64,000 bases of DNA from an uncultured Desulfovibrionaceae bacterium (GTDB lineage Bacteria; Desulfobacterota; Desulfovibrionia; Desulfovibrionales; Desulfovibrionaceae), in assembly GCA_964369185.1 (NCBI GenBank), contig CAYJEN010000001.1:32907-96906 (forward strand), in the 5' to 3' direction. The position numbers and the translations under genes were made by a program. This document shows, piece by piece, positions 54,150 through 64,000 of this stretch (position 1 is its first letter; each line of letters opens with the position of its first letter). The notes below the pieces were generated by a model, which was not told where the DNA came from, did not search any database, and saw nothing but the letters and a program-made list of their open reading frames with translations.

Positions 54150-55799
54150 TTACGCTAAGTGCGAATATAGACTTGCGGCTGCTTCACGTAGCTTGTATTT
54201 TTGAATTTTTCCTGATGCAGTCATCGGGAATGTATCAACAATTGTTATATGACGTGGAATTTTATGCCATGCTATTTGACCACGACAAAAATCACGTATA
54301 TCTTCCGGTCGAACTTCTGCATCTGCTTTAGGAATGATGAAAGCACATATATCTTCGCCGTATTTTCGTGATGGAATACCTATGATTTGTACATCATGAA
54401 TCTGCGACATTTTCAAAAGATATTCTTCAATTTCACGAGGATAGATATTTTCTCCACCACGGATAATCATATCTTTTATGCGTCCGGTAATGCGTAGATA
54501 TTTGTTATTATCTATAATACCTAAGTCACCGGTGTGTAGCCAACCGTCAGAATCAACAGCAGAGGCGGTAGCTTCTGGCATGTTATAATAACCTTCCATT
54601 ACGTTGTAGCCACGACAACGAACCTCACCAGCAACATTTGGAGGAAGAATTTGATTGGTTTCAGGGTCAAAAACTTCAACTTCAATACCCGGAAGTGGTT
54701 TACCAACTGTTCGACAACGATTTTCTAAAGTTTCGTTAGTCGTAGTCATATTCATTACAGGCGAACCCTCGGTAAGCCCGTAACAGATAGTAACCTCACG
54801 CATATTTAGTTCTTCAAAAACTCGTAACATAAGCGGTTCAGGGCAAACTGCGCCTGCCATAATGCCTGTACGCAATGATGAGTAGTTGAATTTATTGAAT
54901 AATCTATGCTCTAAAATTGAAAGGAACATACTTGGTACACCGTAGAGAGATGTACATTTTTCTTGGTCAACTGCGCTCATAACGTGCACAGGGTTGAAAG
55001 CTTCAATGATAACCATTGTTGCGCCATGGCTTACACAAGCCATAAGACCAAGCACACAACCAAAACAATGGAAGAGAGGTACAGGAATACAAACTTTATC
55101 TTTAGAAGTAAGTTTTTGTCCTACTCCAATCCAGTAACCATTATTTAGAATGCTTGTATGTGTAAGCATTACACCTTTAGGGAAACCGGTAGTTCCCGAG
55201 GTATACTGCATATTTATAATATCGCTTGGTGAAAGGGAGTCTTGACGAGCTTGATATTCTTCATCACTCACTTGACTATGCATAGATACAACTTCATCAA
55301 TAGAAAACATACCACGATGTTTTTCTTCTCCTAAGAAAATAAGCCTTTTGAAGTCTGGTAATTCTTCAGAGTGAATTTCTGAACGTGGTTGTGTTTTTAG
55401 CTCCGGAAGAACTGAATATATGGTTGAAACATAATCATGATCTCGCAAGCCATCAATAATACAGAGGTTTTCTGTATTAGATTGGTGTAAAAGATACTTC
55501 AGTTCACTATCACGATAAGAAGTATTTACGGTGAGTAAAATAGCACCTATTCTTGCTGATGCAAACATGAAAGTAGCCCAGTAAGGAACATTGGTAGCCC
55601 AAATAGCTATTTTTTCACCTTTTTTTATGCCAAGAGCCATAAGCCCTTTTGCAAGCTTGTCTACTGATTCGTCAAACTCTTTCCAAGTAAGGCGTATTTC
55701 TTTTTCGTAGTTTATAACGGCATCTTGATCGGGATATAGTAGAGCAGTTTCTCTCAATAATTGACCGAGAGTTTTTTCTTGCAATTTAAATTCTGACAT
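54150..55799 (-). CDS. AMP-dependent acyl-CoA synthetase/ligase
   Basis: YTSGTTGFPKGV, GYGLTE-like CYGLTEGSP, TGDLG, and the C-terminal GKIQKY. Confidence 0.85.
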   Translation of the reverse strand: MSEFKLQEKTLGQLLRETALLYPDQDAVINYEKEIRLTWKEFDESVDKLAKGLMALGIKKGEKIAIWATNVPYWATFMFASARIGAILLTVNTSYRDSELKYLLHQSNTENLCIIDGLRDHDYVSTIYSVLPELKTQPRSEIHSEELPDFKRLIFLGEEKHRGMFSIDEVVSMHSQVSDEEYQARQDSLSPSDIINMQYTSGTTGFPKGVMLTHTSILNNGYWIGVGQKLTSKDKVCIPVPLFHCFGCVLGLMACVSHGATMVIIEAFNPVHVMSAVDQEKCTSLYGVPSMFLSILEHRLFNKFNYSSLRTGIMAGAVCPEPLMLRVFEELNMREVTICYGLTEGSPVMNMTTTNETLENRCRTVGKPLPGIEVEVFDPETNQILPPNVAGEVRCRGYNVMEGYYNMPEATASAVDSDGWLHTGDLGIIDNNKYLRITGRIKDMIIRGGENIYPREIEEYLLKMSQIHDVQIIGIPSRKYGEDICAFIIPKADAEVRPEDIRDFCRGQIAWHKIPRHITIVDTFPMTASGKIQKYKLREAAASLYSHLA

Positions 55800-55816
55800 T
55801 AATTTTCCTTTTAATG

Positions 55817-57019
55817 TTAGGCTTTATCCAACATATGACCAAGTTTTTCTTTCTTGGTTTGCAAGTAGCTTAGATTTTGTTCTGATGGTTGTGTTTCAAT
55901 TGCAACACGTTCAACTACTTCAATTCCATATCCTTCTAATCCAATGATTTTTTTAGGATTATTTGTAAGGATTTTCAATTTCTTTGCACCTAAATCTACT
56001 AGAATTTGTGCGCCTATACCGTAGTCTCTTAAATCAGCTTTAAAGCCGAGTTTATTATTTGCTTCAACGGTGTCGTAGCCTTCATCTTGGAGAGCATAGG
56101 CTTTGATTTTATTAGCAAGACCAATTCCGCGTCCTTCTTGTCGCATATAAAGAATGATTCCACGCCCTTCTTTTTCGATTGCTTGCATTGCTGAAGTTAA
56201 CTGATTACCGCAATCGCAACGGAGTGAGCCAAGAACATCGCCTGTAAGGCATTCACTGTGAACACGTGTAAGCACAGGCTCATCGGTAGAAACATCACCT
56301 TTTACAAGTGCGATATGAGTTTTTCCATCGTATTCATTTTCATAAGCCATAATTTGGAAATCGCCGTGAGCAGTAGGCATTTTTGCTTCTGCAACACGTT
56401 TTACAGCTACTTGACCTTTGTTCATACGATAACGAATAAGATCACGAATAGTTACGATTGGAAGATTATGTTCTTTAGCGAAGATTTCAAGGTCAGGCAT
56501 GCGAGCCATTGTACCGTCTTCATTGAGGATTTCACAGATAACAGCAGCTGGTTTAAGTCCTGCCAATGTTGAAAGTTCAACACTGCCTTCTGTTTGTCCT
56601 GCTCTTGTAAGAACACCGCCGCTTTGTGCGCGGAGTGGGAATATATGACCGGGAGTTACAATATCAGCCGGTTTTACATCATCAGCTATTGCAGCTGCGA
56701 TTGTTGTTGCTCTATCAGCGGCAGAAATACCTGTGGTAACACCTTCACGAGCTTCAATAGAGAGTGTGAAGTTTGTGCCGAAACGTGAACCATTTCTTGC
56801 TGTCATTAGAGGTAAGTCAATTTTGTCACAATACTCCGGTGACATAGGAAGGCAGATGAGTCCACGACCATATTTTGCCATAAAGTTGATAGCTTCAGGA
56901 GTAGCAAATTCTGCTGCGATGGTTAAATCGCCTTCATTTTCGCGATCTTCATCATCAACTAAAATATACATTTTCCCTTGTTTTATATGTTCTAAAGCTT
57001 CTTCGATTGAACAAATCAT
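55817..57019 (-). CDS. ribBA: Bifunctional 3,4-dihydroxy-2-butanone-4-phosphate synthase / GTP cyclohydrolase II
   Basis: [10 protein letters not shown], then [18 protein letters not shown]. Confidence 0.9.
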   Translation of the reverse strand: MICSIEEALEHIKQGKMYILVDDEDRENEGDLTIAAEFATPEAINFMAKYGRGLICLPMSPEYCDKIDLPLMTARNGSRFGTNFTLSIEAREGVTTGISAADRATTIAAAIADDVKPADIVTPGHIFPLRAQSGGVLTRAGQTEGSVELSTLAGLKPAAVICEILNEDGTMARMPDLEIFAKEHNLPIVTIRDLIRYRMNKGQVAVKRVAEAKMPTAHGDFQIMAYENEYDGKTHIALVKGDVSTDEPVLTRVHSECLTGDVLGSLRCDCGNQLTSAMQAIEKEGRGIILYMRQEGRGIGLANKIKAYALQDEGYDTVEANNKLGFKADLRDYGIGAQILVDLGAKKLKILTNNPKKIIGLEGYGIEVVERVAIETQPSEQNLSYLQTKKEKLGHMLDKA

Positions 57020-57047
57020 AATGTATCCTTAATATAGTGGTAAAAAA

Positions 57048-57695
57048 TTAAAAACCTAAATCTTTAAGGTATGCTTCAGTGAGTTTAGATTCTTTTGTTT
57101 GATTCGTGTAAGCACGAGTTTGAGAATGGACATATTTTCCAATAATATCGCTCTCGAAATTAATATCAGACCCAACATTCCAACGCACAACAGTAGTTTC
57201 TTTCCAAGTTTCCGGAATAATATTTACGGAAAAAGTGTTAGATGTCACTGTTGTAACAGTAAGGCTAATACCATCAAGACATACAGACCCTTGAGGAATA
57301 ACATAGCCTTGCATTTCATCTTTAAGCTCCAAAGTACAGATTTTAGATGAAAGCTTTTCTTCAACGCTAAGAAGTTTTATTGTGCAATCAACATGACCTG
57401 ATACTATATGCCCGCCAAATCTATCACCAAGCGCAAGTGCCCGCTCAAGATTGACGATACTTCCAATACGCAAATCTCCTAAATTTGTTAATTCAAGAGT
57501 TTGGGTAGATGCGTAAGCTGAGAAAGATTGACCTGTAAAACTTTCTACGGTCAAACAAACTCCATTCACGGCAATAGACTCTCCAATGACTAAATTATCA
57601 AACATAATCAGCGGATTGAAAGTGAAGCGTGCTTCGGTGCTCTTTTTTTCAATGCTTGAAACTTGAGCTTGTGTTTGTATAATTCCTGTGAACAT
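57048..57695 (-). CDS. ribE: Riboflavin synthase (alpha chain)
   Basis: MFTGIIQ start and duplicated lumazine-binding repeats (GESIAVNGVCLTV / GSVCLDGISLTV). Confidence 0.9.
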   Translation of the reverse strand: MFTGIIQTQAQVSSIEKKSTEARFTFNPLIMFDNLVIGESIAVNGVCLTVESFTGQSFSAYASTQTLELTNLGDLRIGSIVNLERALALGDRFGGHIVSGHVDCTIKLLSVEEKLSSKICTLELKDEMQGYVIPQGSVCLDGISLTVTTVTSNTFSVNIIPETWKETTVVRWNVGSDINFESDIIGKYVHSQTRAYTNQTKESKLTEAYLKDLGF

Positions 57696-57712
57696 AATTT
57701 TATATAGTTATT

Positions 57713-58852
57713 TTAAACTGTTTGTAAAGGGGTATAGATAAGTTCTATATCATCATCTAACACTCTAGAAGATTTGAGTTTTAGTTTAAAGGCTGATGAA
57801 ATCTCATCAAGTTCATTTCCTTCAAACACATTTTTAGCATTTTTATCAGCAAAAACTAGTGGTGCAATATATTGCCTATATTCATCAACAAGTTTAGATT
57901 CCAGAAGTGCAAAGGCAAGTGTTGCGCCACCTTCGCAGAGAATATAAGGGCATTTTTCTTCGGTATAAAGAATAGAGAATATTTTATCGAGATCTAATTT
58001 ATTAGAATTTTTTCCGCTATCTACACCATAAATTGTAACTCCGCACGCACGAAGTTTTGCAGCATTTGGTGAAGCTGCTTGCGCGTGGGTAGTAAAGAAA
58101 ATTGTTTCGCTTGCTCTTTCTTTTAAAAGATATGAGGTTTGACTATGGGTGATAGTTGTGCTGATAACGGCGGCACGTGGTTGTTTAGCGCAGTCAACTT
58201 CTCTTGCTGTAAGTTTTGGATTATCCTTTAGAAATGTTTCGCCACCAATAAGAATAATACCATTTGCAATACCAAAATTTGCTCGTAAATTAGCAACTTC
58301 TTCTCTTGAGCCGACACCAGTGATATATTTTGATTTGCCCTCTTGAGTAGCAATTTTTCCATCAAGAGTAGTTCCCATTTTTAATATTGTATACGGGCGT
58401 TTATGCTTTACCCAGATTTTAAAATCTTCAAGAAGAGCTTGGCATTTTTCTTCAAGCACGCCTACAATTACTTCAACTCCTTGAGATTGTAAATATTCAA
58501 TTCCACCGCTTGCTTTTGGATTTATATCACGCATGCCTATAATAACTTTTGTTATACCTGCCGCTAAAATAGCATCTGTACAAGGAGGGGTTTTTCCATG
58601 ATGATTACATGGTTCAAGCGTCACTACTAGGGTAGTACCTTTAGTATCAATCCCTTTTGTATTAGCATTTTTTATGCATGAAACTTCTGCATGATCAGCG
58701 CCATAAATTGCGTGATATCCACCGGCTACGATAACATCGTCTTTAATAAGAACAGCGCCAACGCAAGGGTTAGGTGCAGTTTTATATTTTCCATGAGCGG
58801 CTAGTTGCAAGGCTTTTGCCATAGCATGTGTATAAAGCTCTTGATTATTCAT
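57713..58852 (-). CDS. ribD: Bifunctional riboflavin biosynthesis deaminase/reductase
   Basis: HAEV...TLEPCNHHGKTPPC deaminase motif and the C-terminal reductase domain. Confidence 0.9.
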   Translation of the reverse strand: MNNQELYTHAMAKALQLAAHGKYKTAPNPCVGAVLIKDDVIVAGGYHAIYGADHAEVSCIKNANTKGIDTKGTTLVVTLEPCNHHGKTPPCTDAILAAGITKVIIGMRDINPKASGGIEYLQSQGVEVIVGVLEEKCQALLEDFKIWVKHKRPYTILKMGTTLDGKIATQEGKSKYITGVGSREEVANLRANFGIANGIILIGGETFLKDNPKLTAREVDCAKQPRAAVISTTITHSQTSYLLKERASETIFFTTHAQAASPNAAKLRACGVTIYGVDSGKNSNKLDLDKIFSILYTEEKCPYILCEGGATLAFALLESKLVDEYRQYIAPLVFADKNAKNVFEGNELDEISSAFKLKLKSSRVLDDDIELIYTPLQTV

Positions 58853-58896
58853 ACTTTCTCTTCTTTTTTATAGTGGCTGTGGCAAAGTAAATAACA

Positions 58897-59367
58897 CTAT
58901 TGCAGTTCAAAATTTGTCATGGGATTATATTCAAGCAAGGTATGAGGTATTTTAGCTTCTTCAAGCATTTCAAGGGCTAAGGCATCGTGATAAGGATTTG
59001 TATAGAAAATCTCTTTTATGCCGGAATTTATAAGCATTTTTGTACAGATAATGCATGGTTGAGTGGTGCAGTAAAGAGTTGAATCTTTAAGAGATACGCC
59101 ACTTTGTGCTGCCTGTATTATTACATTTTGTTCAGCATGAAGACCACGACATATTTCATGTCTTTCACCTGAGGGCACATTTTCTTTAATTCTAAGGCAT
59201 CCTGTTGAGGCACAGTGAGTAATACCTTGTGGAGTGCCGTTATATCCTGTTGCAAGAATACGATTATCTAGAACAGCTATTGCGCCCACTTTGCGACGTA
59301 AACAAGTGGAACGTTGAGCAACGGTATAAGTAATTTGAAGAAAATAGTCTTGCCAAGTTGGTCTCAT
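58897..59367 (-). CDS. dCMP (deoxycytidylate) deaminase
   Basis: HAEQN and [10 protein letters not shown] zinc motifs. 156 aa. Confidence 0.8.
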   Translation of the reverse strand: MRPTWQDYFLQITYTVAQRSTCLRRKVGAIAVLDNRILATGYNGTPQGITHCASTGCLRIKENVPSGERHEICRGLHAEQNVIIQAAQSGVSLKDSTLYCTTQPCIICTKMLINSGIKEIFYTNPYHDALALEMLEEAKIPHTLLEYNPMTNFELQ

Positions 59368-59449
59368 AAATAATTATAGCAAGAGAATAGGTTAGAAAAG
59401 TAATATTTTAGAAATTTCTCTAACTAACCTAGACTCTTACATCTCCATT

Positions 59450-60700
59450 CTAGTTTTTGAAGAGAGGGAAAGAAAGCGCAAATGAAGTTACTTCTTTACG
59501 GATTTCTTTCAATTTTGTTTCATTTTCAACATTTGCTAAACTTGAAACGATGAATTCAGCAACTTTTTCCATATCTTGGGTTTTCATGCCACGAGTAGTA
59601 AGCGCTGCTGTTCCAAGTCTTATACCTGAAGTCACGAAAGGTGAACGGGTTTCAAAAGGAACAGTATTTTTATTTACTGTGATACCAGCCATATCAAGAG
59701 CATGTTCAGCTGCTTTACCGGTGATATCTTTATTAGTGAGGTCAATAAGCATTAGATGGTTATCAGTTCCACCTGAAACAAGGTTGAACCCTGCACTAAC
59801 TAATGATGAAGCCAATGTTTGAGCATTATCAATAACTTGTTGTTGATATACTTTATACTGAGGCTGTAACACTTCACCAAACGCAACAGCTTTAGCAGCT
59901 ATTACGTGCATTAAAGGTCCACCTTGAATACCAGGGAATATTTGACTATTCAATGTTTTTCCAAGTGTATCACCTTCAGCAACATTTGCTAAAATCATAC
60001 CACCACGAGGTCCACGTAATGTTTTGTGAGTTGTGGTAGTTACAATGTGCGCATAAGGAAGTGGAGATGGGTGAAGTCCTGCTGCTACAAGTCCGGCGAT
60101 GTGAGCCATATCAACAAAGAGTTTAGCATTTACTTCATCAGCGATTTCTCTAAATTTAGCAAAGTCAATTGTACGTGAGTAGGCAGAAGCACCTGCAACA
60201 ATCATGTTAGGGCGATGTGCATGAGCCAATTTGCGCACTGTGTCGTAATTGATTTTACCGGTTTCTTTATCTACACCGTAAGATACGATATTGAAAAGTT
60301 TACCGGAAAAGTTTACCGGGCTACCATGTGTAAGGTGACCGCCGTGTGATAAATCCATACCTAAAACGGTATCACCCGGTTTAAGATATGCAAGATAAGC
60401 AGCCATATTTGCTTGTGAACCTGCATGAGGTTGCACGTTAGCATAGTTACAATCAAAGATTTCACATGCACGGTTAATTGCTAAATCTTCAACGATATCA
60501 ACAAATTCACAACCGCCGTAGTATCTTTTGCTAGGGTAACCTTCAGCGTATTTATTGGTTAAAATAGAGCCTTGTGCTTGACGTACAGCCGGTGAAACGA
60601 TGTTTTCTGAGGCAATAAGTTCAAGGTTTGACATTTGTCTATTGCTTTCTAGGAAGATAGCATCTGCAATAGCTTTATCTTGTAAAATAAGATCGTCCAT
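59450..60700 (-). CDS. glyA: Serine hydroxymethyltransferase
   Basis: [14 protein letters not shown], and [14 protein letters not shown] (PLP lysine). Confidence 0.95.
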   Translation of the reverse strand: MDDLILQDKAIADAIFLESNRQMSNLELIASENIVSPAVRQAQGSILTNKYAEGYPSKRYYGGCEFVDIVEDLAINRACEIFDCNYANVQPHAGSQANMAAYLAYLKPGDTVLGMDLSHGGHLTHGSPVNFSGKLFNIVSYGVDKETGKINYDTVRKLAHAHRPNMIVAGASAYSRTIDFAKFREIADEVNAKLFVDMAHIAGLVAAGLHPSPLPYAHIVTTTTHKTLRGPRGGMILANVAEGDTLGKTLNSQIFPGIQGGPLMHVIAAKAVAFGEVLQPQYKVYQQQVIDNAQTLASSLVSAGFNLVSGGTDNHLMLIDLTNKDITGKAAEHALDMAGITVNKNTVPFETRSPFVTSGIRLGTAALTTRGMKTQDMEKVAEFIVSSLANVENETKLKEIRKEVTSFALSFPLFKN

Positions 60701-60739
60701 CTAAGTACCTATTATGTGAGTTGAAATTTAAAGGAAAAA

Positions 60740-61984
60740 TTATTCCGCGTATTTTTTGAAAACTAAAGCTGCGTTTGTACCACCAAAGCCATAAGAAGTT
60801 GAAAGTACATATTCAGGATCTAATTTTTGTGCACCGCTTGACATATAGTTTAAGTCACAGTCAGGGTCAGGGTTAGTATTATTGAGTGTTCCCGGAACAA
60901 TACCTGTATGAAGAGTCATAACCGAGAAGATAGCTTCAACAGCACCAGCCGCACCTAATAAGTGACCTACTTGTGACTTGTTTGCAGAAATTGCGATATT
61001 GTAAGCATGTTCACCAAAGAGATCTTTGATAGCTTTGGTTTCTGTTTTATCGTTTAATGGAGTTGAAGTTCCGTGAGCGTTCATGCAAGTGATATCAGAT
61101 GGTTTTAAACCAGCATCTTTAATTGCGCTTGCCATAGCTTGCTTCATACCTGAACCTGATTCGTGAGGAGCTGTCATGTGATAAGCATCACCGGAAGCAC
61201 CGAATCCAACAAGTTCAGCATAGATAGTTGCGCCACGTTCTTTAGCTGATGTAAGGCTTTCAAGCATAAGGAAACCTGCGCCTTCACCCATAACGAAGCC
61301 GTCTCTTGCACCATCGAATGGACGAGAAGCAATTTCAGGGTTATCGTTATTTTGTGTTGAAAGAGCTTTTAGAGCTGTAAAGCCGGAAATACCCATAGGA
61401 GTGATTGTTGATTCAGCTCCACCTGTGATAACAGCTTTAGCACGTCCGAGCATAATTTCAGCAGCTGCATAACCAATAGCATGAGTACCGGAAGCACAAG
61501 CAGAAGTCATAACTACGTTGCAACCTTTTGCACCTGTGAAGATTGATACTTGCCCTGGTGACATGTTTGAAATAAGCATTGGAATATAGAAAGGTGAAAC
61601 TTTTGAAGGACCTGATTGAACAAGTTTACTGTGGAAAGTTTCAATTGTGCCAAGTCCGCCAAGTCCTACGCCAAGCATTACGCTAACATCTTCGGCATTG
61701 CTTTCATTTATTTCAAAGTTTGCATGAGGTAAAAGCATTGTTGAAGCTGCAACAGAAAGTTGAACAAATCTATCCATACGCTTAGCTTGTTTAGCCGGCA
61801 TATAGTCTTCCGGATTGAAGTTTTTTACTTCACCTGCGATTTTAGAATCAAACTCTGAAGCGTCAAACAAGGTAATCGGAGCAATACCGGACTTACCTTC
61901 AATTAAAGCTTGGAAAGAGCTCTCAAGATCATTGCCTAATGGGTTTAAAGTTGCCATTCCTGTGACAACAACGCGTTCACGCAT
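60740..61984 (-). CDS. fabF: 3-oxoacyl-ACP synthase II
   Basis: Active-site SACASG, NAHGTSTP, and the GHLLGAAG motif. Confidence 0.9.
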   Translation of the reverse strand: MRERVVVTGMATLNPLGNDLESSFQALIEGKSGIAPITLFDASEFDSKIAGEVKNFNPEDYMPAKQAKRMDRFVQLSVAASTMLLPHANFEINESNAEDVSVMLGVGLGGLGTIETFHSKLVQSGPSKVSPFYIPMLISNMSPGQVSIFTGAKGCNVVMTSACASGTHAIGYAAAEIMLGRAKAVITGGAESTITPMGISGFTALKALSTQNNDNPEIASRPFDGARDGFVMGEGAGFLMLESLTSAKERGATIYAELVGFGASGDAYHMTAPHESGSGMKQAMASAIKDAGLKPSDITCMNAHGTSTPLNDKTETKAIKDLFGEHAYNIAISANKSQVGHLLGAAGAVEAIFSVMTLHTGIVPGTLNNTNPDPDCDLNYMSSGAQKLDPEYVLSTSYGFGGTNAALVFKKYAE

Positions 61985-62247
61985 CTTTATCTCCTGAATT
62001 AAAATTCACTGTTATTAAAAAATTATAGAAATTTTTAGCATATCTTCTTACTAATTGCAACATTTTAACAAGTCGTTTAAATTTTAAAAAAAGAGTTTTA
62101 TTCTTGTAAGATAACAAAATAAAATTCTATGATAATCATAGCTTATCGGTACTTGCATTTTGTATAATTCTCTGTATAGTCTAGGGTGTATTCCGAAATA
62201 TTAAAATATAACTTGTGAAATCTTTTTCGAGAAAATAAGGATATGCA

Positions 62248-64000
62248 ATGATAATACGTCGTAAATGCGTGGTAGTTGGTCAAGTACAGGGTGTGGGTTT
62301 TCGTCCATTTGTGTATACTCTTGCTATATCTTTAGATTTAACCGGTTCTGTGAGTAATACTCGAGAGGGTGTATTTATTGAAATTCAAGGAAGTGAGAAT
62401 AATATTGAAAAATTTAAAACTCGCTTGTTTGATGAACTTCCTCCTCTTGCAGAAATTTTGTCTTATAAAGAAGAAGAATGCCCACTCGTTGACGATGAAA
62501 AAGAATTTCAGATTGTTATAACAGATTCACATGGAAAAGGGCATTCAGTACGAATTAGTCCCGATGTTGCGCATTGCGAAGCTTGCAAAAATGAAATGCT
62601 TGATAAAGAAAACAAGCGATATCTTTATCCTTTTATAAATTGCACTCACTGTGGACCTCGCTTTAGTATTACGCATTCAATGCCTTATGACAGAGTAACT
62701 ACATCAATGTCATGCTTTCCGCTTTGTGAAAAATGCAAAGAAGAGTATACAAATCCACTAGATAGACGCTTTCATGCTCAACCAACCGCTTGCCATATCT
62801 GTGGGGTAAAAATCTGGACTGAAGAAGGGTTTGAAAATTTTGATGCTATAAAAATAACTCTTCAAAAATTACACGAAGGAAAAATTCTTGCAATCAAAGG
62901 ACTTGGAGGTTTTCATCTAGCCTGTGATGCAATGAATATAAAAGCTATAGAAAATCTGCGTGAAAGAAAGAATAGACCAAGCAAAGCTTTTGCTATCATG
63001 GTAAAAAACATAGATAAAGCTCGCGATATTGCATATATAGACGAAATAGAGGAAGAATTACTAACTTCAAGGCAAAGACCTATAGTAATCTGTAAAAGAA
63101 AGGAAAATATTTTACCCGATATTCTAAGTCCTGATACTAAAACTATTGGAATAATGCTTCCATCTACTCCATTACACGAACTTTTTTTCAATGCGGAACA
63201 CTTTGATGAAAAAAACTTTGAGGCTCTTGTGATGACGTCGGGAAATCCTGCCGGTGAACCTATATGTTTAAAAAATAGAGAGGCGAGAGATAAACTTGCT
63301 GACTTTGTAGACGGTTTTCTTTTTCATAATCGAGATATCCTAGTTCGAGTTGATGACAGTGTGCTTTTCGCAAAACCGCAACATATTAGAATTGATGAAA
63401 AAGACTCTTTTGTCAGTATTAGACGAGCAAGAGGATATGTTCCAACTCCTGTATCTTTGCCGATTGATTTTGAAAAACCGTGCTCTAAAAAACAAAATAT
63501 ACTTGCATTTGGAGCAGATTTAAAAAATACTTGTTGTATTACAAGAACTAATGAAGAAAAAATCGAGGCTATAGTTGGTCAACATGTTGGCGATATGGCA
63601 AGTATAAAAAATCAAGATTTTCTTCTTGAAACTATTGAACACTTAACAAAAATTTATGATGTAGAGCCAAAAGTTGTAGTTGCAGATGCACACCCTAACG
63701 CTTATTCTCACTTACTTGCAGAAGAATATGCCAGTGCAAGAAACTTGCCGTGCATAACTTTACAACATCATGCGGCTCATGCTTTTGCTTTGTTAGCGGA
63801 TAATTCCTACGCAAACCCTTGTATTGTAATAGTTCTTGATGGAACAGGCTATGGCTTGGATAATACTATGTGGGGTGGTGAGCTTCTTTATATAGATCCG
63901 CAAAAAGGTGAGTGGAAAAGGGTAGGGCATTTTTCAAAAGTTTTTCAACCAGCTAATGATAGAGCAGTGGAAAATCCGTGGTATATGACTCAATCTTATC
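62248..64000 (+). CDS. hypF: [NiFe]-hydrogenase maturation carbamoyltransferase HypF, 3' end truncated by window edge
   Basis: Hand translation from ATG 62248 (after AAGGA): acylphosphatase domain VVGQVQGVGFRPFV, zinc fingers CEACKNEM..YPFINCTHCGPRFSI, and a YrdC-like KGLGGFHLACDA. The frame is still open at 64000. Not in the track because there is no stop in the window. Confidence 0.85.
   Translation, partial: MIIRRKCVVVGQVQGVGFRPFVYTLAISLDLTGSVSNTREGVFIEIQGSENNIEKFKTRLFDELPPLAEILSYKEEECPLVDDEKEFQIVITDSHGKGHSVRISPDVAHCEACKNEMLDKENKRYLYPFINCTHCGPRFSITHSMPYDRVTTSMSCFPLCEKCKEEYTNPLDRRFHAQPTACHICGVKIWTEEGFENFDAIKITLQKLHEGKILAIKGLGGFHLACDAMNIKAIENLRERKNRPSKAFAIMVKNIDKARDIAYIDEIEEELLTSRQRPIVICKRKENILPDILSPDTKTIGIMLPSTPLHELFFNAEHFDEKNFEALVMTSGNPAGEPICLKNREARDKLADFVDGFLFHNRDILVRVDDSVLFAKPQHIRIDEKDSFVSIRRARGYVPTPVSLPIDFEKPCSKKQNILAFGADLKNTCCITRTNEEKIEAIVGQHVGDMASIKNQDFLLETIEHLTKIYDVEPKVVVADAHPNAYSHLLAEEYASARNLPCITLQHHAAHAFALLADNSYANPCIVIVLDGTGYGLDNTMWGGELLYIDPQKGEWKRVGHFSKVFQPANDRAVENPWYMTQSY

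Noticed and set aside
55800-61984. Looked for an FMN riboswitch ahead of the rib genes and for T-box or other leaders in the fabF-glyA-rib cluster
   Set aside because: Intergenic gaps are only 17-80 bp and the genes appear co-transcribed from upstream of fabF, so there is no room for an FMN element.
62913-63191. 92-aa minus-strand ORF inside hypF
   Set aside because: It is antisense to an ORF with clear HypF acylphosphatase, zinc-finger and YrdC motifs.

Overview
AT-rich bacterial chromosomal window (GC judged by eye at about one third, not computed). Gene content looks like an anaerobe (NrdDG, HypF, an Fe-S aldo/keto reductase). The binding proteins carry Sec-type, non-lipoprotein signal peptides, which suggests a diderm; I cannot assign a taxon. 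No rRNA, no CRISPR array and no complete tRNA were seen.

Left ~10.3 kb: the right-hand part of an integrated mobilizable element. It ends at a tRNA 3' remnant (10315-10340) followed by that tRNA's terminator. It contains:
- two tandem tyrosine integrases, one frameshifted in a T6/A6 run;
- a gene for an uncharacterised N-domain fused to a PD-(D/E)xK (DUF3883-like) nuclease;
- an RP4-like oriT/TraJ/TraI (MOBP) module with a recognisable nick-site motif;
- a two-gene cassette: a multi-pass membrane protein plus a >1,200-aa ORF that fuses a YpsA/DUF1273-type SLOG domain to a PLD-like + SNF2 helicase and runs off the window edge.

That cassette, with the nuclease gene as a second candidate, is my best guess for an undescribed defence/conflict system.

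Remaining ~54 kb, ordinary metabolism and transport:
- an EAL protein and a GGDEF protein;
- a ROK-regulated ChvE/Mms-type monosaccharide ABC transporter with a D-lyxose/mannose isomerase and a fructokinase;
- a small RTX/BapA-prefix protein and an EamA transporter;
- hisA, an AKR-FeS reductase and ilvE;
- a PAP2-GT4-phosphomannomutase operon;
- nrdDG behind a cobalamin riboswitch;
- an ArsR regulator with a heavy-metal P-type ATPase;
- a Dabb protein, a PHP protein, malic enzyme, a PhnN-like kinase and a CaCA exchanger;
- dppBCDF-like genes without a binding protein, and trkH;
- pstS-pstC-pstA-(histidine kinase)-pstB-phoU with Pho-box-like repeats;
- an acyl-CoA synthetase;
- fabF-glyA-dCMP deaminase-ribD-ribE-ribBA, and the 5' part of hypF.

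Non-coding features: a MITE-like family (3 full copies, 2 solo ends, 1 related element) and a ~95-bp repeat pair whose hairpin shows compensatory changes.

All calls come from reading the sequence and ORF translations by eye. No searches were run.
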